DNA from: Paraspadella gotoi | Lineage: Eukaryota; Animalia; Chaetognatha | Reading direction: 5' to 3' | Length of the DNA stretch: 64,000 bases | Assembly: GCA_051294375.1 (NCBI GenBank) | Contig: CM119266.1 | Location: 1,245,554 to 1,309,553 of the forward strand | Shown here: positions 11,301 to 23,832 of the stretch, piece by piece | Position numbering within the stretch: the first letter of the stretch is position 1 | Layout of the letters: the number at the start of each line of letters is the position of its first letter | The notes under the pieces: generated by a model | Seen by the model: the letters and a program-made list of their open reading frames with translations, nothing else | The model's database searches: none | What the model was told of the DNA's origin: nothing | Program-made: the position numbers and the translations under genes

Positions 11301-14300
11301 TTTAAGGAACGTGATACGGTTCGGGATTATGGTTAGGCCCAGGGATTAGGGTTACGGATTATGGTTTGAGATTGGTAAAGGAAAATATTTGTCATGAATG
11401 AACAAACAGAAACGAAGCATTTTCGGAATATAGAGCCCAAAGAGCCAATACCGCGAAAGTACTCCTTTCCTCACTTTGAGTTCGAGTCGAAGGGAAGCGA
11501 ATTTCTTGACTTCCTCCGCCAACGCCGCCGACACACCAGCGGCGTCCTCGGCGTCGTCGTCGTCGTCATCCGCGGCGTCGTCGACGAACATTTCGTCGGG
11601 CATCGCCTCTTCCGCGACGCCGGGGCCGGAAGTGACGTCCGCGATTCTATGGGTTGTGGTGGGGGGGAAGTGGGGGTTGTGGATAGAGGATGTGGTAGTT
11701 AAAGATAAAGAGTGTAGAGGAAGGTGTTGTAGATAGAGATGTGGTCAGTTGAAGGGTGTAGAAGAAGGGTGTGGATAGAGGATGGTTAGTAAGGTGTAGG
11801 AAGTTGTGGATAGAGGATGTGTCAGTTGAAGAGTGTGAGGAAGGGGTTGTGGATAGAGGATGTGGTCAGTTGAAGAGTGTGGAGGAAGGGGTTGTGGATA
11901 GAGGATGTGGTTAGTTGAAGATTGTAGAGGAAGGGGTTGTGGATAGAGGATGTGGTTAGTTGAAGGGTGTAGAGAAGGGGTTGTGGATAGAGGATGTGGT
12001 CAGTTGAAGAGTGTGGAGGAGGGTGTGGATAGAGGATGTGGTTAGTTGAAGGTTGTAGAGGAAGGGGTTGTGGATAGAGGATGTGGTTTGTTGAAGAGTG
12101 TGGGGAAGGGGTTGTGGATAGAGGATGTGGTCAGTTGAAGGGTGTAGAGGAAGGGGTTGTGGATAGAGGATGTGGTTAGTTGAAGGGTGTAGAGGAAGGG
12201 GTTGTGGATAGAGGATGTGGTGTTGAAGAGTGTGGAGGAAGGGGTTGTGGATAGAGGATGTGGTTAGTTGAAGGTGTAGAGGAGGGGTTGTGGATAGAGG
12301 ATGTGGTTTGTTGAAGAGTGTGGAGGAAGGGGTTGTGGATAGAGGATGTGTCAGTTGAAGGGTGTAGAAGAAGGGGTTGTGGATAGAGGATGTGGTTAGG
12401 AAGGGTGTGGAGAAAGGAAAAGGAAAGAAGGATTAAAGAAAAATATCCGGGGTAAACAGATTGTACCGCCATTGATGCTGAGAAAAGTAAAATGGATGTT
12501 CGGACATTTTCCACAGTCATACGGTTAGGGCTGGTTGCCGTCATAACATTTCTCACGAGGATAACACGTCGAAAATAAACATAATAAATACACTACTAGT
12601 ATTTAAATTATAACATATTCAATCCCTACCCCTCCCCTTATACAATCCCCATCCCTCTTTCCCCTTCCCCACTTCCCCACTTCCCCCCCCACCCAGTCTC
12701 CACCTGGCGAATGAGCTCATGGGCGCGTTCTGTTCCTCCCCGACCGACGGGAATCTCTTGTTCTTCGGCTTCGGCGACGCCGCGGCGCCGGCGCCATTTT
12801 TGGGCGCCGGATTTTTCGGCGCCAAGGCGCGAATCGTCTGCATGTGAATGTCGTTCATCTCTTCGCGCTCGATCCGCGATTTGAGCTTGACGGCCTCCAG
12901 GGCGTGGACCAGTTCCTAGCCAAGTAAAAAAAGGTCAAACTTTAGTTTTGTAAAAATGTACTGGATAAATAAATATTTTTTCCTCTTGAGATAATTTGGT
13001 ACTATACTAAATCATGCCATTAATTTTATCATGTTGGTAATGTCCGATAAAGTTTTGTTTGTGATTATACTTTCGTTTACTCTCATTTATTAAAAAAAAA
13101 ACCAAAAAACAAAAAAAAAACAACTTTCTTTTGATGTTTTCTTTTCTTTCTTCTCTATTTTGAGAAAAAGAAAGGGCCAGTTTTTCCTACCATCTTCTTC
13201 CACCTACTGTTCCTTCCCATCCGCCGCCATCATCTCTTCCTTCCCATCTGCTTCCACCATCTGTTCCCTACCATCCGCCGCCATCATTTCTTCCTTTACA
13301 TCTGCTTTCACCATCTATTCCCTCCCATCCGCCGCCATCATCTCTTCCTTCCCTTCTCTCCCTCCCCAACTCCATCTCACCCTGTTCGTCTTCGTCAACG
13401 AATCGATCTCTCCCTCCATCTCTTCCCTCTTCTTGTCAAACGCGTCCGCCTGTTCCGCCATCTCCCGGCGTTTCTCGGCCAAGTCTCTCTGGAGGGCGCC
13501 GTTCTGTTGGCGCCATCGTTCCAAGGCGGCGATGGAACCAGATTCGGCGCCGGTGGGGGTAGGAGTGGTTCCGGGGGAAGGTGGGGACCCTGGATGTTTA
13601 GGATGAAATATTAACTAACTTTACATTTTTGTGAAAATTAATCTGCTACGCAATTACTTATAATATTAAATATATTATATTTCAGCAATATATTTAAGAA
13701 GAATGGTGTACCCTCTATTGTCTACAGAGTACTTTGTACCACATTATACAGTAAGAAACAATAAACCACATGCCTGTATGCGCATGCGTCGTCCTTATGG
13801 GGAAAACGTCTGACTTTTCGTTGGAGATGAGCTGCCAATAAATAGACTCCAACTCCTGCGACAACTCGAAGTTTCGTCGCAAAGCCTCGTCGACGTCAGA
13901 CTCGTGTTTCAATCTGTGGCGGAAATTGAAATTAGGGGTTTATCGCTCTATTTCTCTATCCATCGCTCTCTCTGTCTCTATCTTTCTCTCTGTCTCTGTC
14001 TCTGTCGATTGCTGCGAACCTTCATCGTTCCTTTAGGCAATCTATCTTTCAAAATACCTGCCTTTAGCTGGACATTATCACAGGCTAGCTGCCCGCCCAC
14101 GGGCCAATCTTTATGTTACTCACCTCTTAATCTCTCTTTTGAGCTGGTCATTCTCAAAGGCCAGCTGCCTGACCATGGGTCTCTGTTCCAATTTTTCCCT
14201 GGTCGCCTTCAACTCTTCCTCTAATTCTTGAACGAGGACGTCCTTGTTCTCCTGACCCATTTTCTTCACCACCTCTTCCAATCTGAAAAGAGTTGGATGT

Positions 14301-16931
14301 CAAAATTTAAAGAATACGTATTAAAAGAAACACTTTTTAGTATAGTACTCTTTCACGGCCTGCAAAATCTTTTAATATTATCCAATTTTTTTAAAAACCA
14401 TATTGGCACCTAAAAAATGAATACATTGACAGTGAATACTAATATCTGAGTTTGTTTTTTTAAAAGACTTCCTGTCCCCAACAGATATAAAATGAAATAA
14501 CAGACAAACCGACCTAAAAGTGTCGCATTGAGTTTTGATAAAAAACATGAATGTGTGACGGTATATTCACACCGCCTCACGTCCACCATCCTTCAGCCAA
14601 ATCCATTGGCTCAGAGGGGGAACACACCATCCCAGGCGTAGTGTTCCATCCACAGTCCTAACGACTTCCCTCTGCGTTGGCAAAGCGAGACCGTCCTAGG
14701 GTAACCGCGCCAGTGACTGGAGGCGTCACTGAGGGTCGGAAGCCCCCAAAGCCAACAGTGAGATGCCCCATCCCAATGGGCATCACAGGCAACCCGGCTG
14801 TTGCCATAAATGAATAGATGATGTTCTAAAAGACCCACCTCTCGATGCGACTGTCACGAAACTTGACGATCATCTTGTTCTGCATGAGGAGGTTCTCCTT
14901 CCGGCGGCACATCTCCTCCAAGTGCCTCGTCCGCTCCTCCAAGTTGCGTCGCTCCTCTTCGCTCCTTTCGCGGAAGAACATCGCGCGGAGGAAGTTTTCC
15001 TTCCACTGACATGAGAGAGAGAAAGAGAGAGGAAAGAAAAAGGAAGGAAGGCAGAGTGAATAAGAATAGAGGGAGAGAGCAGTGGTTAAAATTAGAAATA
15101 CGAAGACATATCTCATACATATAATAAGAAAAAAAATGTTTTGTATCCATTACATTTTTATGTCTCCTCGTTTTGACTTCCAGTTTTACAAATTTACGTT
15201 TTTTATCGAATAACGTCTTTTGTTTACTTTTTGTGCGTTGAAACTCAGACAAGACAAACTCGAGGCCCACGAGCCTTAAATCTCATTTGCATGTTACAGT
15301 TTACTAAAGTTTTAACAATTTAAACGACTTTTCACAATGAATCGTATTTTCCTGTTAATAATTCTGATGTTTTCGTGATAAAATATTATTCCAAAAGGAA
15401 AGGACAAAGCATCGATAAGATAAAAGAAAAGGAAATTTATGTTTTCTTGCAAAATTTTTTTTAGAACCCGAACGACTGTTATTCGATCTCTTGGTCGAAA
15501 GTTTATAAATAAGAAATGGACAATATCCATCTATAAGGGAAACACGACGCCAGTGAACCGGAGTAATTCCGGACGCCAGTCGGAACTGTTGTGTCAAGGA
15601 TTTTCCAAGACATGGAATGAACGCATGTTCCAACTGAGATAGAGTCACTTAATTGGGCTGCCCTGGCTCGTTGGTCCTCCGCAATAGAGGGTCAGTGGGT
15701 TCCCTTTTTTTTTATTTCATCTTTTTTAAATGTGTTTTTATTTCACCTGCGATTTGACTTCGGGTTTTTTCTCTGACTCCATCTCTTCCAGTTTGGCTTT
15801 AAACGCGGCTTCGAAAGTAGCGATGCCGCCTTCGATGCAATCTGTCAAACAATCCATTTTCAGAATTTTTGATAATAAAAATTAAAAAAAAAAAAATTCA
15901 AATTAAACTTTAAAAAAGAGAAGTTCGGTTTCGATAAAACCCCTGAGTTTACTTGCTAAATTAGCAAAAGTTAAAACACAGAATTTCCCGCCGTCTCATT
16001 TCATTTCACCTGCGCTTTCACAGCTCGTTATCCTTTTTCACCGCTCTTTTCCCTTCTTCCCTTCCCTCACTCCCTCCTCCACAACCCCCCCCCGCACTCT
16101 TCGCCCTTTTACTTACCCGAAGTCTTTATGACCTCCCCGCACTGGATAGACCCCCCCGGAGAGGTGGGAACTCTGGGGGGGAGACCCAGCGAAGTTTGAA
16201 GCTTCGTGATAAATTCCTTCAGTTTACGAATCTCTCCCTTGAGATAAGGAACGTTGCCCTGAAAAACGAATATAGAATTTAGTAAAAAAAAAAGAATAAA
16301 ATAAACGTTTTTGAGATAATATTATCATCGCCGGAAACGGATTGATCGTGTAGCTTGTCTCGCTTGTCACGACTACTTCCTTCGTTGTATGAAAAACCTA
16401 AAATTTTCATAATGATTAGAGTATGGTGGATTCTTTTTTCTTCTGTTGACAATGGCACTGTCATTATACTCCGAGATAGTTAGATAGTGAGAAAATTTAG
16501 TAAATTTTTTATTTATTTCGTTCGTATTTTTGCTGACGACATTACAGGGCTGTTCAATGTTCATTGTTCATTGTTCAGTTCAGCCTTTACTGTTCACGAT
16601 AATCACCGCTTATAAACGTTTCCTGAAAATTTATTTCTTATTCTTATTCTTATTCTTCAACGATTAAAGGATTGTTCCCGGTCTGTGGGTACTCAACGCC
16701 AGGCCCTAATAATTTAGTCTACCATATATTCTTCGTGGACTACAGGGTTTCCCCCGACAATCACCTGCGTGTCCTCGTTGACCACAGCGTTGTTCTTGAT
16801 CATCTTCGCTCTCTGTGCGAATCTCAAAGTGGAGATGGATTCCCCCATGCATTTGGATCCGGGATGGACGCAGCCGATGATGAAGGTCTTGGCGTTGCCC
16901 CCGAGGGAATCGCGGAGGAGAAAGCTCAGCT

Positions 16932-16995
<64 letters not shown>

Positions 16996-18551
16996 ATGGG
17001 AGATAAAGTTGGATCATGTGAATTAATCCTACGAAAGACCGACGGACTATTTCTTTGTTGGGCAGATATACAGAGTCAATAGATCAGTATGTAAATTGTA
17101 CAGACTTACGAACTTAGTAAGTCCATAGGTCAGTCATTCACTCAATCCGTCCGTCCGTCTTTCACTCACTCAGTCTCCCAAGTCAATTACACCGCGGTTT
17201 CTCAATTGACAATTCACTAACTTGGAATCTCTGTAAGGGACGTGTCTGGTCTTTCCGTGTTCCTTGTCCACCAACGCGCAAATCACATTTCCTAGCGCCG
17301 ATAGACTTTTGTTTATGGAACCCGCCTCTTTGAGTCTGGCGCCCTCTGCTCTCGTGTCTTTCTGGCGTTCGCTTCCCGCCAGATCGATCAGGTTCAACTA
17401 CGAAAATGAAATTTAAAAAAAAAGAAATGAAACGAGTGCAAATTGGTATAAGATTAGTTTGCCATGCTTTTTTTTATATTTATTATCTTCGTATTTCATA
17501 AATTGTTTATGATCTTTTTTTAAGCCAAGAACTTTTTAAATTAACCATCTTTTAGCGCATTTTCTAACGCAATTCGATAGACATCAGCTTTATATATTCT
17601 GCAAAAAATCTCCTTACCCAAATGATTCCATTCCTTTTTTTGACAATTCTTCGCCGCCTCGTCTCATTGCGAGCTTCAGGTTTCTAAATCCTCGCAATAA
17701 CGTCCCTACCCGGCACCCCTTTACCTCCGCGACCCTTACCCTGCAGGTCTTGATGTTCTTGGCGCCATTGGGCCGCGTCTCTGTCGATGATAGGGCGACT
17801 GTGAAGACAGCGTGAGATCGTGAGCTCTCACGGTTCATGTTGGTCGCCGCTACTCGTCGGTTGATCCACCCGGATGTCAGAACCTGGATGGAATTGATTA
17901 ATATGGTTGTTTACAATTTTCCTTAATTACGTACTGGTTTGTGATCGGGTTTTTTTCGCTGTTGTTGTTGTTGTTGTTGTTGTGGTTTTAGTTCTTGTTA
18001 CTTTATTCTTACCCCCCTTCACTTCATTAATAATTCATCATTTCCTCAAATTCGAATCTGGTTAACTTTTTTTTCACAAAACAGATTTTTTGTCCGATTT
18101 GCTATTTGCTATTTTCAAAATTCAAATCAGATTTTAAAAATTTCATTTCGCGTTAATAAAATTTTCAGCTTTATGAAATCAAATGAAAACCTTTTTTTTT
18201 AATAATTAATTAGAATCAATAATTAGATTTTTAAAGTTGTACCAGAGGCCGTCGGTTACTTTAAATCTTTCTTAAATATCTCTAAAATATTTCAAGTTTT
18301 ATAAACAAAGCTATATCTTGTCGTGAATTTTTAGGGAGTAAAAAAAAGGCATTCTTTAATAGATATCAAAAATACTAAAATAGAAATAAACATGCAGAAG
18401 TGTTAGAGGGTGATTGTTGTGGGCGATGCAATGATATTGTCCATGATATTGTCTCCATCAGAAGCGGGGTTCGAACCCCAAATCCCTCTTAAATCGCAAA
18501 GCGAAATGGGAAAAGTCCTCGAGGGAATATCTTCGTTCACAACGACTACTA

Positions 18552-18583
<32 letters not shown>

Positions 18584-21344
18584 TCGAAAACGAAAACGAA
18601 TGAAGACAGAAAATGGAAACCGATGCCGCGAGGGAAAAAGACGCAAACATTTTCTGAAAATCGTGATTCATTCACGCATGAGAATTTTATTGGTACGTTT
18701 ATTATTATCAATGCTTGTGCAAGAATTAAAATAAATACAATATTTTTTCAAATCGGGTTGAAAGTGATATATATTTTTTTTATTATATAAATTATCCCTT
18801 TTTATTATTATTTGACTATTTAAAAGTCAAAACTCGCCTGATAAGCGTCTTCCGCGGAGTTGACGACCTGCTCCATAAGGCCTTCCACGTATACCCCTTT
18901 ATCGCTGCTCTCTCTCACGATGCAATTTTGGTTGGACAAGGGATCAAGGAGATCGTAGACCTGAAGCAGACGATTTATATGAGTAACATAGAACTGTCCC
19001 TAAAAAAGAAGGGTAGAGTACTACACATTTTGACTCTATCTAAATTCTCAATTCAAGGATCAATCAGGCATGAACTGGATCTAACTTCTCAATTCAAGAA
19101 TCAATCAGGCCTTAACTGAATCTAAATTCTCAATTCAAGGATCAATCAGGCATGAATTGGATCTAAATTCTCAATTCAAGGATCAATCAGGCATGAACTG
19201 GATCTAACTTCTCAATTCAAGGATCAATCAGGCATTAACTGAATCTAAATTCTCAATTCAAGGATCAATCAGGCATGAATTGGATCTAAATTCTCAATTC
19301 AAGGATCAATCAGGCATGAACTGGATAACACTAGGTAAAAGTGGTTTATATTCAAATTAATTTAGTGACGATTTAATTTAGCTTCACAGAGCAAATTGAT
19401 TTGTTATCATTGTTTACACTTCACTTCTCTCTCTTCTTCTTCCTTCCCATTTCTTCTTTTTCCTAGATTAAAAGTTACAAATAGGAGATGTTGACAGTTC
19501 CAGTGATTCTTCAAAAATTTGAGTTCAACAATTTTATTTTCCTTTCAATATTTTTCCTTTTTGCGTCCGCCTTTCCCTTTCAGAATCATGCTAATTTACC
19601 TAATTCTTTCTTCTCCCTCTATATCTTTTCATCTTCACATTTCATCCCCGCATTTCTATATTTCCAACCCTCCCCGCACCTGTTCGTTATAAATCTCCAA
19701 GAAGCTGCATCTGCAGACGAATTCGAGCGACGAACCGGCGTCTTTGGCGCCGCCATTTTTAGCGGCGCTCTCTTTATCGGGGCTCTCTTTATCTCTGTCC
19801 TTCTCGGCGTCTTTCGACTCGTCCACGTTTTCCTTCTTGCCACTTCCCTTGCCATTTTTGCCACCCTTCAACGCCACCTCCTCGCGGATACGGTTGAAGA
19901 GGTGATCGAAGGCTCGAGGGATGAGACCTCGGATCTCGTGACGGAATCCCTCGGCCTCTTCCGAGGGGCCGAGCATCGTGAAGGTCTTCCCGCTTCCGGT
20001 TTGGCCACTGGTGAAGGTGGTTGAGGGGGGGTCGGGTGGTGAAGGAGGTTGGGGGAGTCGGGTGGTGCAAAGGAAAGGGGTGATTTAAGTGGGAGAAAAT
20101 ATGTGTTTAGGTCACTTTATTTATCTGGTATTATTATATTCCATCACTCCGTCTCACTATGCAAATATGGTTCCATTGTATCCCTCCACGCATGCGTCGA
20201 CGATCCTCTTCCCCGCGACGCCGAAGACGAATTCCTGCGTGGAATTTGTGTCGGCGACGGCGTCGAAGGTGAAGGAGGAAGGGGGCGACGTTTCCACAGT
20301 GACGGAGTGACCATCGGGGTGAACCTGTTTATGGGGTTGGCGGCGAATGGTGGGAGGTGGGGGGTGTAGAGGGGATGGAGACGGTGGGTTTTATGACCTT
20401 ACTTTACAGAGGCAGCGGCGATCTGAACAATTTCATGGTCTTATTATAACTAAAACCTATCATTGTTTTCAAAATAAAAAAAAAAGTTATAAAATTTCCT
20501 TTCACTAAACTCGAAGAGAAAACATAATATGTATAAAACATCCGCTCTATATAAATCGAATAATTGCTGTACAATCAAATCTTTTAAAATAAATATTTAC
20601 AAACAAGTTTTCGAGAAACACGATTTATCACAAAATGCTAGAGATCCTTTCACCAAAAAAATACAACTCCCTCGCGATAAAGTGACCGACCGTGACCGTG
20701 ATAGCTTGTGATCTCCTCTCACCTGCAAACACCCGTTTTCCGTGAAGGATCCGTGAGCCGATTCGGCGAGGTTGGGGTCGAAAGGACGAACTCTGACGAG
20801 GACTTTGATGGAGTCCCCTTCGCTGTTGACGACAAAAAGTCGGCGATTGAGGTTATGAAAGGAGATCAATCAATAAATCAATCAATCAATTAAAAGTTGA
20901 TGTCAATCAACCATCAATCAACCAATTTGTTAATTCGTAAATTCCATCTCGGTAAAATGTGTTTTACTGGGAGCATAAATGCTTTCATTGCCAAATGGGA
21001 TAACCGCGTTTTATGTCTTTTTTTTTTTTTTTGTGACCCACAAGCGACAGTTAGAATCGCGCAGCGGCGTCAGCACAAAAAAAAATCATTTGATAGCATT
21101 TTTGGGAACTTTCCATTTCGAATCTGTTCTTCCAAATTGCATTCATGTATTATAATTAAATTTCCACAATTAAAACCTTTAGTTAAACTAGTTTTTATTT
21201 CCTTTTTAAGTAATGGATTTTTTATGTAGTTTAAGTTTTTAAAATTTTGAAAAATAAACAAAATGCATAGTTTACTTACTAAAATGAGATGGGGCGTTTT
21301 TTCCTCATCGTCCCCGTTCCGATCATCAGACTCAATTTCCCCAT
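2415..21344 (-). CDS. KIF15: Kinesin-12 family motor protein KIF15 (Xklp2/KRP180-like), ~28 exons
   Basis: Exons: 21344-21280 (putative first), 20822-20723, 20324-20158, 20007-19680, 18960-18838, 17883-17740, 17397-17218, 16929-16765, 16258-16117, 15841-15747, 15005-14839, 14282-14124, 13913-13774, 13589-13381, 12915-12704, 11646-11475, 11134-10952, 9497-9288, 9019-8786, 8501-8346, 8258-8052, 7171-6948, 5949-5818, 4701-4592, 3862-3745, 3501-3349, 3150-3016, 2711-2415. Motifs: [92 protein letters not shown], the KIF15-type KMIVKFRD, and a long coiled coil. Splice phases are consistent except for a 1-nt indel near 7135. Confidence 0.92.
5475..5537 (+). mobile_element. Terminal fragment of the structured element family (subfamily 2)
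   Basis: CTTTGG...AAGGCCTCCATCACTCTTACAAGATAA matches the reverse complement of ~52815-52860. Confidence 0.55.
6125..6375. mobile_element. 251-bp solo-LTR-like structured element (TG...CA, 6-bp TSD) in a KIF15 intron
   Basis: Begins TGTGGGGTATATTCACAC and ends GGCTGTAACCA. Flanked by TTATAG at 6119-6124 and 6376-6381. Collinear with 14554-14806 over its full length. Confidence 0.85.
11670..12410. repeat. ~45-bp minisatellite (~16 copies) abutting a KIF15 3' splice site
   Basis: Unit GAGGAAGGGGTTGTGGATAGAGGATGTGGTTAGTTGAAGGGTGTA; GGATAGAGGA recurs at 11851, 11896 and 11941. Confidence 0.92.
13188..13355. repeat. 54-bp tandem repeat (3 copies) next to a KIF15 donor
   Basis: CCATCCGCCGCCATCAT at 13217, 13271 and 13325. 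Confidence 0.85.
14554..14806. mobile_element. 253-bp solo-LTR-like structured element (TG...CA) in a KIF15 intron
   Basis: Begins TGTGACGGTATATTCACAC and ends GGCTGTTGCCA. Flanks TGAATG / TAAATG match at 5 of 6 positions, consistent with a TSD. Paralog of 6125-6375. Confidence 0.85.
15537..15713 (+). ncRNA. Candidate structured small RNA or small mobile element, antisense in a KIF15 intron
   Basis: GC-rich island with paired ends (GGGAA..CAC / GTG..TTCCC), several nested stems, and a T9 run immediately after. No family recognised. Confidence 0.3.
19040..19326. repeat. 41-bp minisatellite, 7 copies with ABCABCA higher-order structure
   Basis: Unit CTAAATTCTCAATTCAAGGATCAATCAGGCATGAACTGGAT. 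Diagnostic variants recur every third unit (123 bp). Confidence 0.92.
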
Positions 21345-21553
21345 GCTCGTTGTTGTCGTCGTTGTCCTTGTAGTCGGGTTGGCCCGAAAGCCCGATGTTT
21401 AACCGTTTATTTGTTTATTTAAAAACGACGTTAACTCAACGATTTGTCAAGTCACTTCCATGTTTGTTTGTTTTTATGTTTTCGGGTAAAAAAATGTCGC
21501 TACAAGAAAAAAACAAAAAATTCCGGGAGACGAAACGACGTCAGAGACGGAGA

Positions 21554-21566
21554 CAAAATGGCCGCC
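21554..21566. promoter_or_regulatory. YY1/Pho-like motif in the probable KIF15 promoter or 5' region
   Basis: CAAAATGGCCGCC lies ~210 bp upstream of the putative KIF15 ATG, in a CpG-rich stretch. Confidence 0.35.
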
Positions 21567-21906
21567 GAATTGTTGCATGCGAGGAACGACGACGACGACG
21601 ACGACGACGACGTTCCACCGGAGAGAAGACGCCAGCGAAAGGGGAAAGGGAGAAGGGGGAGTAGAGTAGAAATAGAAAGGAAAGGGAAAAGAAGAGCCGG
21701 TAATTCAAAAAACGATTCCAACAATCTGGATTTTCCGCGGCAGCCGAAGAGAGAAAAATCCAGTTTTTAAGAGGATGAGTAAAGGAAATCCTCGGCCTCA
21801 CGCGTTTGCCAGACGTTCGCGCAACCAGCATCGACAGCGGAATCGAGGACGTTCGTCGCTGAACATAAACGCCGTTGCTGCGGCGGTTTGCGCTGCTGGG
21901 TCGTCG

Positions 21907-21999
<93 letters not shown>

Positions 22000-23832
22000 T
22001 CCCCGCAAAGATTCCATGAATGCGTGATTCTTGGTCGTGGATGACTCGGGACTCGTAGTCGGTTGACGTTAATCAGAGATAATTCGCGGTTTGGTAAAGG
22101 GGACGGAAGTGGCACGCGTTTGGGACACTTGGGAGAAGGGGGAGAGTAGAGGGAGAGACAAGGAGTAGGGGAGAATAAGAATAAGAATAAGAATTACTAC
22201 TCTCTTTCTCAACGGACAAAAAGAAATAAATTCTTATCTTTGCTCTAAAAATCTAAATCGATTTTAAAATTTTTTTGCACGGCGCATTGTGAAGTCATTC
22301 TCACCGAATTCCGAATTCGTCATTCCTCTTCACCCCGAACCAAACCTTTGTCCCCATACCTTTACCAATCCCTTAAATGGGCCGCTCTCTGTCCCCATCT
22401 CCCCACATCGACCCTTCTTATTTTCTCTGCCTCTTGACTTTTCCTCCTTGAACGCAACACGTCCTAATGAGGAGGAAGAAGAGGAAGAGGAGAATGAGTC
22501 ATCGGTACGCGGCTGGAGATTGGAATCAGGAGTCAGTTGTGGGGGGTTGTGGGGATGGAGGAAGAGGGGGGCGAAGTAGGGAGAGTAGGGAGAATAGGGA
22601 GGAGGAAAATGACCATGCGGTGGGCTCTCTCGTGTAGTTTAGTTTCTTAATTTTATATATTGTAATCAATATCACTTTAATACAAATACAACAATTTAAA
22701 CAAAACTTTTATTAGGCTTGTATCATGTCATATGACTATTTCTTTTATTCACTCACAAAAAAATTATGCCGATTACCTTCCCCCCCCAACAATTCCCTCG
22801 GGAATAAAAAGAAAGGGAAACCGCATCGTTTTGATTTATGCGCGCGACGGAAAAAGCGCAACACGGGTTCCGGCTGAGAGATAGAGACGCTCGCGTGAGA
22901 GAGAGCGCGCGCGCGTCACGTGACCAAGTTCTTTGTTTTCGAGTTCCGTCTACTTGGAGCGACTCAGTCAGTCGGAGAAAGGAAATACGCTTACTGTCCC
23001 GATTAGTTTCACTTGAGAATTACGAAATAGACTTTTTCAGTAGTTTTTAAAGTGAAGCTGCGTCTGTAGACCTCTAATTTTTATTTCTCGTAAACTTAAA
23101 AACTAAATTTTTCGGGTTGTAACTCAGTTTCATTTGTGGCTTTCAAATTATTTATTGGTTAAAGCGGAAAGTCGGAAATGAAATAAAAAATCAAAAAGTT
23201 AAAACAGTTTATTGACGGACAATAATTTCAACGATAAATAAACAATTTGATCTAATCTCAAAAAAATCATGAAATAAAACAAAACGCATTCAAGGCGACT
23301 TGGTGAAAGGTTGAGGTAAACGAAGAGATTGTGGGGTAGGGAAGGGTAAGGAAGGGAAGAGAGAGAGGTTAGAAGTGGGGAGAGGGGAAGGAAAGGCAAA
23401 TGGAAAGAGAACAAATTTAAATAGAACTAAAAAAAATAAAGGAGGAGAAACAATTGTTAAAAGGAATAAAGCGGCAGTTTTTCCAAAGCGCATCAGACCA
23501 AAAACCAAAGCTGTAAATCGGGAGTCCAAACTGTAAACCCTTCATTGTTCGAAAAATCGAAAAATCCACAATTGTGTTAATTGATTTTTCTCGTTGAAAG
23601 GCATCGAATTAAGGCAACTGCTTTTGAGGGAAGAATTTAACCGCAACTTTTGTTTTCTTCAAAGATCTGATATTTAACACCGGGAAAAAGCCTAGAGGGA
23701 AAAGTTGAATAATCGCTCCCTATACTTTTTTTCCCTCCGTTTTAAATATCAGACGCTATTTTAAAGAATTTTCAGTTGCTTTATCGGTTCTACTAAGTTC
23801 TACCAAGTTCTTTTTCACCCCGCCCCATCCCC

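Noticed and set aside
19040-19326. CRISPR-like array
   Set aside because: No unique spacers and no cas genes; it sits in a eukaryotic intron.
21558-21770. Plus-strand ORF MAAELLHARNDDDD... as a divergent gene
   Set aside because: Low complexity, no recognisable domain and no downstream exons. The ATG context is better explained as a YY1-like promoter motif.
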